Assembly: GCF_000150275.1 (NCBI RefSeq)
Contig: NW_002060946.1
Span: 7,484,829-7,548,828, forward strand
DNA from: Trichoplax adhaerens
Lineage: Eukaryota; Animalia; Placozoa
Length of the DNA stretch: 64,000 bases
Reading direction: 5' to 3'
The notes under the pieces were generated by a model. It searched no databases, had not been told where the DNA came from, and saw nothing but the letters and a program-made list of their open reading frames with translations. Shown in pieces: positions 26,388 through 38,740 of this stretch (its first letter is position 1; each line of letters begins with the position of its first letter). The position numbers and the translations under genes were made by a program.

Positions 26388-29300
26388 TAAGATTATCAGA
26401 GATAAAGATAATATGATGTGTAATTTTATCATGAAATTTAAAATTTTAGAAATAGTTTTTCTTTAAACTTTGCGATAAATTTCTTGTTTGAGGAAATGAA
26501 TGTGGATTCGTACTTGTTAAATACATAAAACGAATATACATAAATATTGTTAATTTTAAAATAGCCTAAACTTGTTTGATCCAATTGATATATATTAGCT
26601 TAAAGATTTTAACTTTATTTCTAGTATTCTTGTATAAGCATGTTTAAAATTTAGAGATTGTTTTACCTTAATGAATTGTGAAATTTAGGGGAATGCAAGA
26701 ACTGAACGTAAAGTTTAATCAATCCACAGAGTTTATACCCGGTACTTATAACAACCATTGGCTACTTTCTGTACGATGGAATGTGTACAAGACAATTTAA
26801 TAGTGCAAACAGACCGGCGTAATTGCCTAGCTCAAGGAAATAGAATCAGAAAATAAAGAAATCTGATGAAATAAACCTTTAATTCGTTTTCTTTGCATTA
26901 AAAATTGTTAAAAGGATATGGCGTAGACGTTACTTAGTTCAAGCATGCTGTATTAATTATAGATCATTGTAGCACATAATATAAATTAAGGTAAAACAAA
27001 TTTCTTTCGGTTTCACAAAAATATTTCTTCCTGATTCAAAATTATAGATCTGTAACTCAAAACTAGCAAAGTCAGGCATCAGTTACTGTATAGTCTCTTA
27101 CGTATATAAATATGAATTACGTCATTACTGCAGCAATTAGAAGATTGTCTAAATCGCTAAATTATTAATATTAGTTACGTTAAGTTAAAATAGCAGATGG
27201 ATTGACTGCTATTCGGTAATATTATGACCTCATTGGAAATCTCTGGCTATTAGCACACTGTAAAATGACTGTACATGTGTAATTTACTTTGTTTCAATAA
27301 TATTATTTGTTACAAGTATAATAGATAAGAATCTAATGTGACTCATATTTAAAATTTCTATAAGAAGTTAAAAGTTTTAATATCTTTATTATATATCAAT
27401 TTCCTTTATAACCATTTCTATTATGCTTTTAAATCATGTGCTATGTCAAAATTGATCTTATAAAATACCAGAGTAATGTTGGTAGCAAGACAAAAAATCT
27501 ATTAGAACTAATAGGCATAATGAGTCATGCGGGAATAACTGAGGTATCGAGATCTTTCAAACTGTATTCATTTTATGAAGATCAAGTGACCTAAAATTAC
27601 TCTAGTTACTGCATATGATAACATATGAATTTCTTAACATTGTGCAACTCTAATTGATTACCGATGGTACATGCAATGTAAATATTCGTTCTGTTTTATT
27701 TCAATGGTGCAATATCGAACTAGTGAAGAAGTCTAGTGATGATTCTCTATAGCTTCCTTCAGATTTCATGATAATGAAGATACGACTATGTGAATCCGTA
27801 ATTATGATAACAATTAGTCTATCTTGCAGTTCTAAGCTCCTTCAAAGTGTCTACGTCTTATTAAAAGTTAATCCAAGAATTTTAGTCTGTTTTTCGTAAC
27901 GAGAAATGTATTAGTGTATTAAAGAGTACAGAGCATACTACTAATTTAACTTGATAGAGAAACCATTTATTTAGTTGTAGCATCAATTCTGCGCAAATCA
28001 CAGTTTCACCTCTGAATGAGAGAAAGTATTATATTACGTCTAAATGTAATAGCGCAGTAATTAACAAGGTCTTTACTAATTGTTTCATTTCTATATATTA
28101 AAAAATGATATTCAAAACTAGGATAAAATTTAATATACCACATACTTACGTAGATTTTATTTTTGTACCTTATATTTCAATAATAAAAATTTAGTACTCG
28201 TACATGTTCATGCCTTGTATTTTCCTCGGTATTCAGACGGTTATAAAACACTAATGTCACTTTCCATTTTGATTTGTAAGCTACCCATTATCGCGATCAA
28301 TATAGTGATAAAAGAATGTGAAGAAGTGAATTTATACTATAACCTATGCCAATTTAGTAAATTATCCTTCTTACCAACTAGTAATTCGAACTACTGCAGA
28401 CTTCAAACGCTTGATTCTGTAATGAAGTATGGTATTTCCGCTTTTCCAGTTTATGAATCTAACTGTTATCCCCATACAAATAAGTTTGTGCACCATGTGC
28501 ACAGTTTTTTGTTGGCTAGTAAACCTTATGGCAAATAGATCTCTCAAAATTGGCTATATTTGAGTTTATAGCAAAAGTGAAATTAATTTTCTTTTACTCT
28601 AATTATATTTAGCAAAATGGACATCAGACCAGGCTATCACCCAATGTTATTAATATTTAAAGAGATAAGTATTCTAGTATAGCATCTTACCCCGGAAAAA
28701 TTTTCACTGCTGAATTCATAAACTTTTTAAATTGGCATCGAGCCATTATTAAGTATGTAGCTCTCAATACTGTCTTAATACAAACCATAATTATTAACAT
28801 AATAGCTTTTGAAGATTTGCCCTTTGTTACTATGTATCATACTGTGCTGTAGTATGCGTTCAAATTTCTTTTTAAACAAATATTTCAAGTATTTTATATC
28901 CTTTACGAGACAGCATACAAAATTTCTTATAAACTTAGGAAATAAAGGCTACGCAAATAGTTAAAGCTGCATTCAACTGTACAGTATAGTACGCGTGCAT
29001 TTAATTAACTAGAGCTACTGTAATTATAATTGATAAAAAAACACCTGATCATTAAGAAAGCAATCACATGTTTTCCTAGGCTCTAATTATCGTTGTAAAC
29101 TGTAATAATGTTTATAATTAAAATCGATGTCTATAGTAAGGCCTGATTATATTATTATGAAAAGTAGGACCAGATCAGCTTGCACTGTGCGGATATTTAA
29201 AACTAAAATATTCTATAGCTATATTGCAGAACCATCAGCTGTACAACCAAGCGATCAGATATCTCGTTTACGAAATTAAAACTTTTTCGACGTCTTTATT

Positions 29301-29739
29301 GCTTTCCTAGTAAAATATTTTCACTTCGACTCTAGAACGTTTACTGTAGAATCTTTAAATCATCTTCATCTTCTAGAATTTACATAAACAAGCAATCACA
29401 ATGCAGTGCTTCATTTGACATGATTTCGAATGTTATTAGTACAATTTATGTGTGAGCATCTTAAAAGAAAAATTATATAATGTAAAGGAAAACTGGCCAC
29501 GTGTAAACCTGCTTAAAAAAATTTTGCGTTCAGACTCTTTCCTGATTTATTATGTAGCAGGATACATAGTTAAGTTATTTTCGCATAGTTGCTAGCAGCC
29601 ATTTCCTTAGTTATTATCTCCATGGAATCATTATTCTAATTAATTACCCGTTCAATCGGAAACTTATAAACGGCTACGCAATAATTGTGTTAGCCTGATG
29701 CTATAGCACGAACGAACTATTCCAGCTTTTAATAAGCCT

Positions 29740-30010
29740 AAAGTTTACAATCATTGACGTATCTTGAGTTGCCAATTACAAGATGAGTTGGAATTATGAA
29801 TATAATATTATTCAGATAGACAGAAATTAAGGTCTATTTAAGTTGTTTATTTAATGGTGAATTTTGTTTAAGAGTAATGGATATTGCAATCATTCGAAAT
29901 TGAAGAACACTAAGCATTGCTAAACTTTCATACGATGTGCAACAAATAGCTTGATACCGTTTTTAGTGCAAATTATATCTCTTTACAGACTCTTTCGCCA
30001 ATGTATGCTG
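29740..30010 (-). pseudogene. Decayed GPCR TM3-ECL2 fragment (copy of 2410-2680)
   Basis: Reverse strand gives SLAMLSVLQFRMIA; lies inside the 2410-3890 duplication. Confidence 0.65.
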
Positions 30011-31111
30011 CAAATATGTAGGCACCTTGATCACGGGCTGTGGAGCATTAATTATCAGTACCCCAACTTTTAGTACTATCATCCACAAATATATGTAGTA
30101 CATTTTGGCGAAATTGATAGACTATTTTATTGAACAATTGGGTAATTATAATCCAAATCCGACGCGATGTAGGACTGATTTACTTTACCGCAGCATATGA
30201 GTACGAATCGTAATACTTGATAATGTTCAAAATATAAATTCTTAGGATTTGAATCTGTACTGATGAATGGTGTTGTGCTTAGATCGAGAGTATATTGTTT
30301 ACTTATTTAATAATGGAAATATAATGATTACTAAACTGATCCCTATTATATTTGATAGGTGCATAAGATACTGTATACCTATATCGTTTTTCGTAAGTTC
30401 TGTTAACAAACAGTTTTCTACGTTATTTACTTGACCATTACGACTTCATTTACGGCCATTATATCATTTGAGCTTAGTTTTCTATTTCTGCAATATCATT
30501 TACGCTAGGGTCTGTGAGTTTTCTGACGTTCTTCTTGGAACCAATAGCTAATTGATATTGTATTCGCAGCAATTTGAGCAGTTTTTTTTTTAATTCTTGA
30601 GCTTTCGAGTTTATTAATTAATCAGCATCGGTAGCAATATTTGTTTACTCACTAGTTCTGAAACCTCCACCTTTTAAGTTATATTTTAGGTATAGCTAAT
30701 ACAATACCAGCCTTAATAATATTATTGTATATAACTAGAAATATAGCTATAAGTTTTATGGAAGTTTGTTGATCTTAGACTTAAAGGTTCGAAAAAATGT
30801 GAACATAATATCTGTAAAGTTTAGCATGATTTTCAAAAAGTATCTTTGTAAATTACTAGGAAATTTATTTATAGATTTTGCAATAAGTATAGTTTTTCTT
30901 ATTTTACAACCCAAAGATGCTTTAATAAGTCATACTTTAATTAACCACTACTCCTATTGGGTTATCTTTATCAATCACTCCACGTAAAACTGCTGATCTT
31001 ACTAACTACGCTGAAATTAGCTAAAATAGTATTCCAAATATTCTATCAAGTGTAGTAAACCTAATTTTCACGAAATAATAATCTTAGTCACGATGAAATT
31101 TAATAACAGCT

Positions 31112-31646
31112 TGTCACACGCCACTAGTGACAAAGTAGTCTACACACGCCAATCCTTGCGGAGAACGCCACTTACTAACTTAAAGAGGCGAGATTAGCTA
31201 TATCACCAGCTAATTCAGTTCCAACAACCGAATACTATGGTATAATTATAGCGTCACAGATGATGTAGACGAGATAGTCAGAGATTTACTATCATTTATT
31301 ACTGAAGGAATCTTGGCACCCAAGATTATAGTCTTCACAATTAAATATCAATTGAAAACTAGTTGACTATCTAACCGACTAACGAACTAAAAAGGAATCT
31401 TCAGGCATCAGCCTTTTATAGTCTCGTCAGAAACTCCTGGTGCATATAATATAAAAGTATCCTTTTAAAGTTATAGGAATTATTATGAATATTGTCACTA
31501 AAGACTTCATATAAGTGCATTATCATATTAATCAAAGATTAAACAAGTTATATGAAGAAATGACAATTAATAAAACGTCAATCCACACAAGCAATATTTA
31601 ATATTACTCAATAATTATAATTAGGACGAGCTTACGCATCGTAACA
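31112..31646 (-). mobile_element. Solo-LTR-like element (535 bp)
   Basis: TGTCAC...GTAACA; perfect TSD CAGCT (31107-31111 and 31647-31651); absent from the paralogous site at about 3800; TATAAAAGG on the minus strand at about 31412-31420. Confidence 0.85.
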
Positions 31647-33289
31647 CAGCTTCATGGTATGATTGTTGAATAGTTTAGTGATAGTTAACGACTAGTGGAG
31701 AGGCTTTGCAGTGGAGTAGCTTGAGCTCGAGGTTGTTCTAATTTAAAAGTACACTATTTCATCATTTCAGCTATCAATCAATCACGTAAATTAAACATAG
31801 CAGGCTATTTTACGTCCTAGTACCATTGTACTTCTTGTTCCTACTTTAGTTAGCTGAAATCACTTCAGGACTGCCTGACAATTTCATCAGTGTTCTACTG
31901 CATTTCAAGTCCTGCCAAGACACATGACTATTAGGCTAGCTGTTAATAATGCAATTGTATCCTTTTTTACTACCTCGTATACGGTGCTGTATTTATGCAT
32001 TACCATACTGCAAAAGTGGCGACATTTAGTCGTACTGTATGTCATGCTTGATGGAGCTTACAATTGATTAAAATTCAAAATATCGATACTAAGCAACCGA
32101 AAGTAGCGAATGAAGTATTGCTACCACCTCAGGGTATTGGATATTAAAAGAGAAGTGATATTTGAAGAATTACCCTTTCTACTTTACAGCAGAGTACTAC
32201 ATGAAACCCCTCAAGTTGGCTGCCGCTCATACTCAAATTAATTAATCTGTTTTACTGAATACCATAATGGCGTTGATGACCGTACCATCAGATACTACCA
32301 GGGGTTTCCTGATAAAAAATAATTTCTCAATAATGAAAGGAAGAGATGTCTTTCTTTCATTTTTATAGATCGATTTTTTTCCATTTTTTGAAGAATCGCT
32401 GTTCTCGAAAAGTTTCTGGTACCCTTCTGATACAAATACTTTGTCTAATGGTAGAAGTTCTTGATACTATACAATGTAAGTACAGTACAGTACATCCAAA
32501 TTATCCAATAAGCGCGGCAGACGAACGGGTTTATTTGCTCTCCCGTGATTCCCCTGCACAACCATGTGTTACAACAGACAACAGATTCTTTATTGTCGCT
32601 GATGGAAATTGATTCAATTCTTGGGTGTGTCCGGGATAAATTAATTATTTTATATCATGAATTATTGATTCTATTACAGTATTGTTAGACGACATTTTAG
32701 TAACTGATTGAGGATGCGTAAATATACACTAGAAGATGAAAATAAACTGTCAACTAAACGCATGCATCACCTCCATTCTACGGTGAGAAACAAATTATAC
32801 TGTAGATCGATCTATTTCGAATAGAACAAGGCTTGCTTGGTATAAACGAAGTATCTTATCCGAGTAAGGATTTGAGTAATAGCGTTTATTTAGAGTCTAT
32901 ATTGAGTAATAGATAGTCTAGAATGTTATGGATCTGCGGATTCAGGACTTCTTTTAGAAAACTAGCGAATTTTCTTATATACTCTACTTTTTGACATGGC
33001 AAGGATCGTCAACAATAACAATCGTAGCCGATGTTGATTGTAGAAGGCTAGCGAACCTATCTCCAAGTCTAATAACACTAAGCTACTACTTTACACTTCG
33101 CTACTTGACTAAAAAGTTAATAGCATGGAAATTGCATTGCAGTGATCTTTACAATACCTTTGAACTGGATATCTATCTATATCTATACTATATGTTAAAA
33201 TTTGACTGTCCGCTTTTTGCACGTTAGTGACTCATTAAAATTACATTATCCAATAGCTTTAGTTCTAGCTACTTCAATTCAATATGAAC

Positions 33290-33740
33290 CACCACTACTA
33301 ACAGTACCACCAGTGCCTTGCAAAATAGGATTGTACTGTAAATCGAGCATCGTGACGTCATCGTCACAAGGTAGCTGGTAGCGGATTACACTGTACAGTG
33401 TACAGTAGTACTGTATACTGTACACTGTACGGTGGTGCTCTAGCGACTTCAATTCTACAGTACAGTACTGTACAGTACAGTACAGTGTACAGTACAGTAC
33501 TGTAATGTACAGTACTGTATAAGAACCACCAGTGCCTTCCAAAATAGGATTGTAAATAGAGCATCGTGACGTCGTACAGTACTGTACAGTACAGTGTACA
33601 GTATACAGTACAGTACTGTACTGTACTGTATAAGAACCACCAGTGCCTTCCAAAATAGGATTGTAAATAGAGCATCGTGACGTCATCGTCACAAGGTAAA
33701 TGGATTATACATTATAGTATACGGTGGTGCTCTATCTCGA
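33290..33740. repeat. TACAG/CTGTA-rich array interleaved with three copies of a ~50-65 bp unit
   Basis: Unit ACCACCAGTGCCTTCCAAAATAGGATTGTAAATAGAGCATCGTGACGTC at 33306, 33525 and 33636, separated by mixed-orientation TACAG/CTGTA/CAGTGTA runs. Confidence 0.9.
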
Positions 33741-34011
33741 TCAGATGAAATAGAGAAGAATACTGGCGAAGAAAGGCAAAGCAACTTGGTAACGGTCGTT
33801 TATTGAATCAACAGCATCAACTTGACCGATAATATTAACTCGAGTAAATCTCTAAAACAATATCATTTCATCACAGTTAGAAACGGGACGTAAATTGGAT
33901 TAGAATAAAGATCTTGAGTTGGGACTTTGCATCCGATCGACCAATTGTTTTAGTCAATAGATTATCTTTTAGGCAGTTACTGGCAACGACGCCCATAATA
34001 ATAAGGCAGAA

Positions 34012-36731
34012 ATGGCCAATAGACCACTTCCAAATGACGAAGATCACCCTCCTAGCTACGTTGATACGGTAAAAGATGACCAATCGATGGTTGTACCTAT
34101 AGCACAACCATCTTCATCGGAAAAAGAGATGCAAGAAGTTACTCCATGTAGCCCAACTATGGATACAGTAAAAGAACAATCGCCACAGACTGTACCTATG
34201 CCGATGCCGATGCCTATGCCTATGCCTATGCAAGGAGTGGATGTCGGTCAATCGCCTTTACCACCACCGATTTTACAGCAGCCAGGAGGTGCTATGCCTG
34301 TACCTCCACCAATATCTCAACAACCAATTGCTGGCCCAGGAGGACCAGATCCTGCTACTCAATCGTACTTTCCACAGTCGCTTCAGTGGATGCAAGTTCC
34401 TGCCCCTAATACTGTCTCCAATGATTGTTCGCCAGGACTTGAACGCCTATTCCAGCTTAGTCAAGTAATAATTTGTCCCGACATACAACAGCAAGAACGT
34501 AAGTTTGCCAATTTCGATAACTTCTTGTATAGGAATGGAATTGAATAGAATAGAAAGAGTAAGTTAAAGTACCGTATTTTCATAAGCACATTAATCAACA
34601 TCAAAGCGTACGTCCTTAATCCCAACATTACCGTAATCACCTTACTTGTGATCATCATACTAAGTCAAGTCAAAAAGTACTTTATCAAACCCTTTTAATA
34701 TAATTACCATTGAGCATGACGGCAAAGCTCTTAAACATCTAGATACTATTAGATCTATAGTTGTTGAATTGCAAGTAAGACTGTAGTCGGGTTATGATAG
34801 GAGTTGGTGTAGAAGCGAATCTATCCAAAATGACCAAATTGGCATATTCTCTATGCTATGATTTCTAGACTACAAACTTACTTTACTGTTCTATACGAGA
34901 TTATGATTAACTAACCTGGGTACTTTAATAAATTGTGCGGTACGTGAAGCTATGATTCTATATGCCATTAAACCTAGAAGAAATCATTACAATCTCAAAT
35001 AGCCTCGCAAAAGTTCTAAGTAACTTATAATATTTGTATGTTGATATAATTTAATTAGCACAAATTTAGTATATGATCAGTTAATATTTAGAAACAATTT
35101 CAATGATTGCGGCTCAGGATATCTCTTAATTCTATCATGTTATGCACTATAGTATTCATGCCGATGTTCCGAAGTAAATACCAGGTAAAAAACAACGCTG
35201 GTCAATTGATCTATTATGCGATTGAAGGTAAGTTTGAAAGATACCACACTTTCAGCAGAATCTTAACATTAACATAGACCGTACAGCAGTAACACTAGTA
35301 GTCTCTTAGATATTCTACTTGATTGACAGTAACTAGTTCTCAGTTGAATATCTTATAAGCCCTATATGTTACTAAGCTATAACTGGCTGTAATTGACTTG
35401 TTACGCGTTGCTCCTTAGATAATGTAACAACAGCGATAAATATGTATGGCTACGATCTAGCTGAAATAGCCCTTTACGATAGCATGGAAAGGAAAGTTAT
35501 GCAACTATCTCGCGCCCTATCCGGCGAAGTATCTGGCTGTTTGAGTGCTATTTTATATAAATTAAATGTTGCTTGCCCTCCGGAAAATATAATTGGCAGC
35601 GTAGTCCAGTAAGTACTCAAATCTCATTATAGGCGTTTTGTAGACATTCAACTAACACCTGGCAATATAGACTATCTGCAGATGTTCTACAAATTAACTT
35701 TAAAAATGACGATGCCAATAGTTAAAGATCTAGCAATTCTTTCGGTATTTAGCTTCTGAGTTATCTCTTTCCATATGTAAAAGATTTACATGACCGTTTA
35801 GGGATTTCTTCATGCTTAATTTTCATATTCGGATCAATTTCAGAACATCTATATTCGGCCCAAAGCATGCTGTAACCTCCCCAAACGGCGTAACTGAATT
35901 AGCAATCAACGGCCCTGGTCACTGCTGTGCAATTCGTGCGGCGGAAGGCTATCTAAATTTTCCGGTATAAAAACGAAGATCTTTACAAGATTATTGTTGC
36001 ATTCGTCACGATAGTATTAAATATAAGTAAAAATTCATTGGATCTTCTAGACTTTGGCAGTTTTATCTCTACTACTCGTAATTCTTTACACTATTATTTC
36101 CGAAACTAATAATTATAAACACACATTTTAAATGCTAGATCATTTCTAAAAGCGGCAAAGTTATTGGCAATGTTGCGAAACACTTACCTAATATGGGAAA
36201 CTTACAATGCAATATGGAAGTTAATTGTACGTAAATTGAGTAAAAATTAAGACGACTTTTCCAAAGTTACGTATTGTATTAGCTATCATAATTAAAATAA
36301 AACATACTGTGGTCTCTTAAACACCAATTTCTTATTAATTCATTTTAACACTGTTTTAGTCCCGACGGATCTCCATCCTAATTTTAAAGCTTTGCTCGTC
36401 GGATTTGCAATTATAATGGTTCGCATTTTCGTCAATTAAAGCCGTTAATTAGAGTAGTACGAACTATTGCAAGAAAATTGAAATATGGAAAATTCTTAAA
36501 TTTTGCTTCAATATATTTTAGGATCATTTAATGATTGCGAGACACCGATATAATCTTATGCACCCAGCCTACTATGGTACCGCAGCGCATTCAAGTAGCG
36601 TTTTTTCCGGTAGCAGTAGCCACATGCACCACCGTCATCGAATGCATCATCACGGAATGCACCATCATCATCACGGAATACACCATCATCATGCCGGAGC
36701 ACATCATTCTCATCACTTTCGGCATCGCTGA
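34012..36731 (+). CDS. Phospholipid scramblase (PLSCR family), 7 exons, about 409 aa, Pro-rich N-terminus, His-rich C-terminal tail
   Basis: GT-AG exons 34012-34498, 35153-35227, 35419-35608, 35844-35964, 36139-36226, 36360-36418 and 36522-36731 join in frame (1230 nt). Scramblase motifs: CSPGLERLFQL, KYQVKNNAGQLIYYAIE, PPENIIGSVVQ, INGPGHCC, FPTDLHPNFKALLVG. An alternative in-frame exon-4 acceptor at 35802 is possible. Confidence 0.88.
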
Positions 36732-36949
36732 AGTCACAGACTCTTATTCAATTGTGAATATCCCCTGAGAGTACAGATTAATTAAGCCGTTATAGAGTGC
36801 AGATTGATATTTTGACAATTTAGTAGTTGACAAAGCCAATTCTTAACTAAGAAATTCCGTATACGATACGTACATTATTACACCTATCAAACCTACGGTT
36901 GAAGTACTGTATTTGAAGAACCGTTGTTGTACGTTATAGTTTTGTTAAA

Positions 36950-38740
36950 ATAACTGTAACTGGATCTTAATCATTTTATATGGTATTACCTGACAATGAC
37001 TACAAGTTACAGGAGTGATATCATATTCATATTATGAATTGCAGACTGTAAAAGATACTAAAAATTTTTTACTTCGAGATCATTGGCAATGCCACCACTT
37101 TGATTACAGAATAGTATTTACTTTCTTATTAAATTTCTAATCCTGTAAAATGAAATTGAATTACTGCGATAGTTAAAGGATCATTGGGATATATAATAAT
37201 TCATAAATTTCTAAATAAAGATTCTAGTAGCTGTACAAATGCCAATCTATTACCTCGCACGCATATTTTAAATTTTCTAAAACTATCCAATATTAGAATT
37301 TCAGCAATTTGCTTGTCACAGAAAATCAATACTACACAATTTACATTTTCACCATTGAACGTCTTATCAGACCAAATATCACTCGTACTTATAAGAGCAA
37401 TTACTTCGAAAACTTTATCAAAGCATTTTTAGCTCAGTTAAAATCTACAAGACTTTATCCTATAATTCTGAATATCAAGATAGCGACTTGGTATTGCTAA
37501 AAGAACCAAATTTATGTATTAAAGTGAAACTCGACAAGAAATTGTTCTAATTTTAATATTTACTGACTGGGCTTTATTACTCTGAACGTTATACAGAGCA
37601 AGGATTCCTTGAAATCGTAACGGAAATACCAATTCTTATTTTAATATTTTAAAAGAAACGTCGATATATTAGGTCTAGTTAAATTGCTGTACTTTTTCAA
37701 ATGCATTATGAAGATTGATATTCACAATAATTATAATTATAGCCCGTTTTCTAGTTCTGTACTGTCAACTGATGCCATAAAATATAGTACTAGTACTGTA
37801 TTATAATACAGGATATAGTATGTCATTGCCCAGGGAAACAAATTTCTAATTGTGAAGAATAAGAGAAACTTAAAAATTGCGATACTGGAAATACAAATAG
37901 ATTCTAGGCTTTCAAAGCAATAGAATAGATAACGCTCCAGTTAGATAGAGGTGAACTCTAGTTATCTATTAAAGTACTAGTAGTAGAAGACAATTATATG
38001 AATATGCGCGGATATATCAACCGGTAAATTTTACAAGATAGGCGTGCCATATCTGCTCTTGAAATTCTAGCAACTTAATAACTGCTGCAAATGGTATCGG
38101 AAATTAATCAAATTATTATGATTCAGACATATTAAACAAGTACCAAGCCCAAGAATACTTGTTAGCTGGCTTGAGATCATCTGTAAGTGTTTCTAAGAAA
38201 GTTTTAGTGCAATTACAGTTACAGTACTGAAATAAACCAATTACTGTATATATTTCACAATAGGCATAAAAATGGTGCGACACGCATCAGTAGTAATTAG
38301 ATATTTTACATTTTTTTAAACATTTTCTAACTAAATAGTCGTGGAATAGATGAACGCCTGTGATGTGTTGAAATACGATCTACTCTCAACTCTAGGGGTA
38401 GTAAGCAATGCCATTGCCTATAACATTAGAATTTTACGCACAGTAATAACTTACATTGTTATATGACAATATTGGTAATTTTATTTGCTGTGGTTAGTGT
38501 AAAAATTGCTATTAACTTATTTAATTTTATATGAATCATGTAGATAAATCTTTAAAACGCTATCTAGGGTGGAACTGGTACGAACTGTTCTTGAATGATA
38601 AGGTACTTGTTAGGTCATAGTTACTAGGTAATCGTATGGACTTTACCTATAATTCTAATAACATATATGATGACTATAACGGATTCTCGATATAGAATAA
38701 ATAACATTTTACCATGACTTTTATTTTTAATACCAAATTT
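36950..38740 (+). pseudogene. Putative fossil LRR-containing GPCR (LGR-like)
   Basis: Fragments in order: LRR-like (LKLSNIRISAI, LGFQSNRIDNAP, IKVLVVEDNYM), TM1-like (RILRTVITYIV..IGNF, about 38430-38485), TM3-like (TYMMTITDSRYRI, about 38660-38700). Many stops and frameshifts. Confidence 0.4.

Larger units (their letters stand above)
23440..29740 (+). repeat. Direct segmental duplication of about 32050-34190 joined to about 39080-45090
   Basis: Collinear similarity on both sides of a junction at about 24683. The intervening ~4.9 kb (most of the scramblase gene) is missing from this copy. Confidence 0.85.

Noticed and set aside
28215-28538. 107-aa ORF
   Set aside because: The paralogous DNA at about 42385-43270 is interrupted by an insertion and indels, and no domain is recognisable.
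33279-33692. Three overlapping minus-strand Tyr/Cys/Thr/Val-rich ORFs
   Set aside because: Artefacts of translating the TACAG/CTGTA array.
34499-34548. 3' end of the 178-aa ORF as a standalone gene
   Set aside because: The ORF reads into intron 1; a GTAAGT donor at 34499 joins the downstream scramblase exons.
36531-36731. Independent 66-aa His-rich peptide gene
   Set aside because: Preceded by a TTTTAG acceptor at 36521 and in frame with scramblase exon 6, so it is better explained as the terminal exon.
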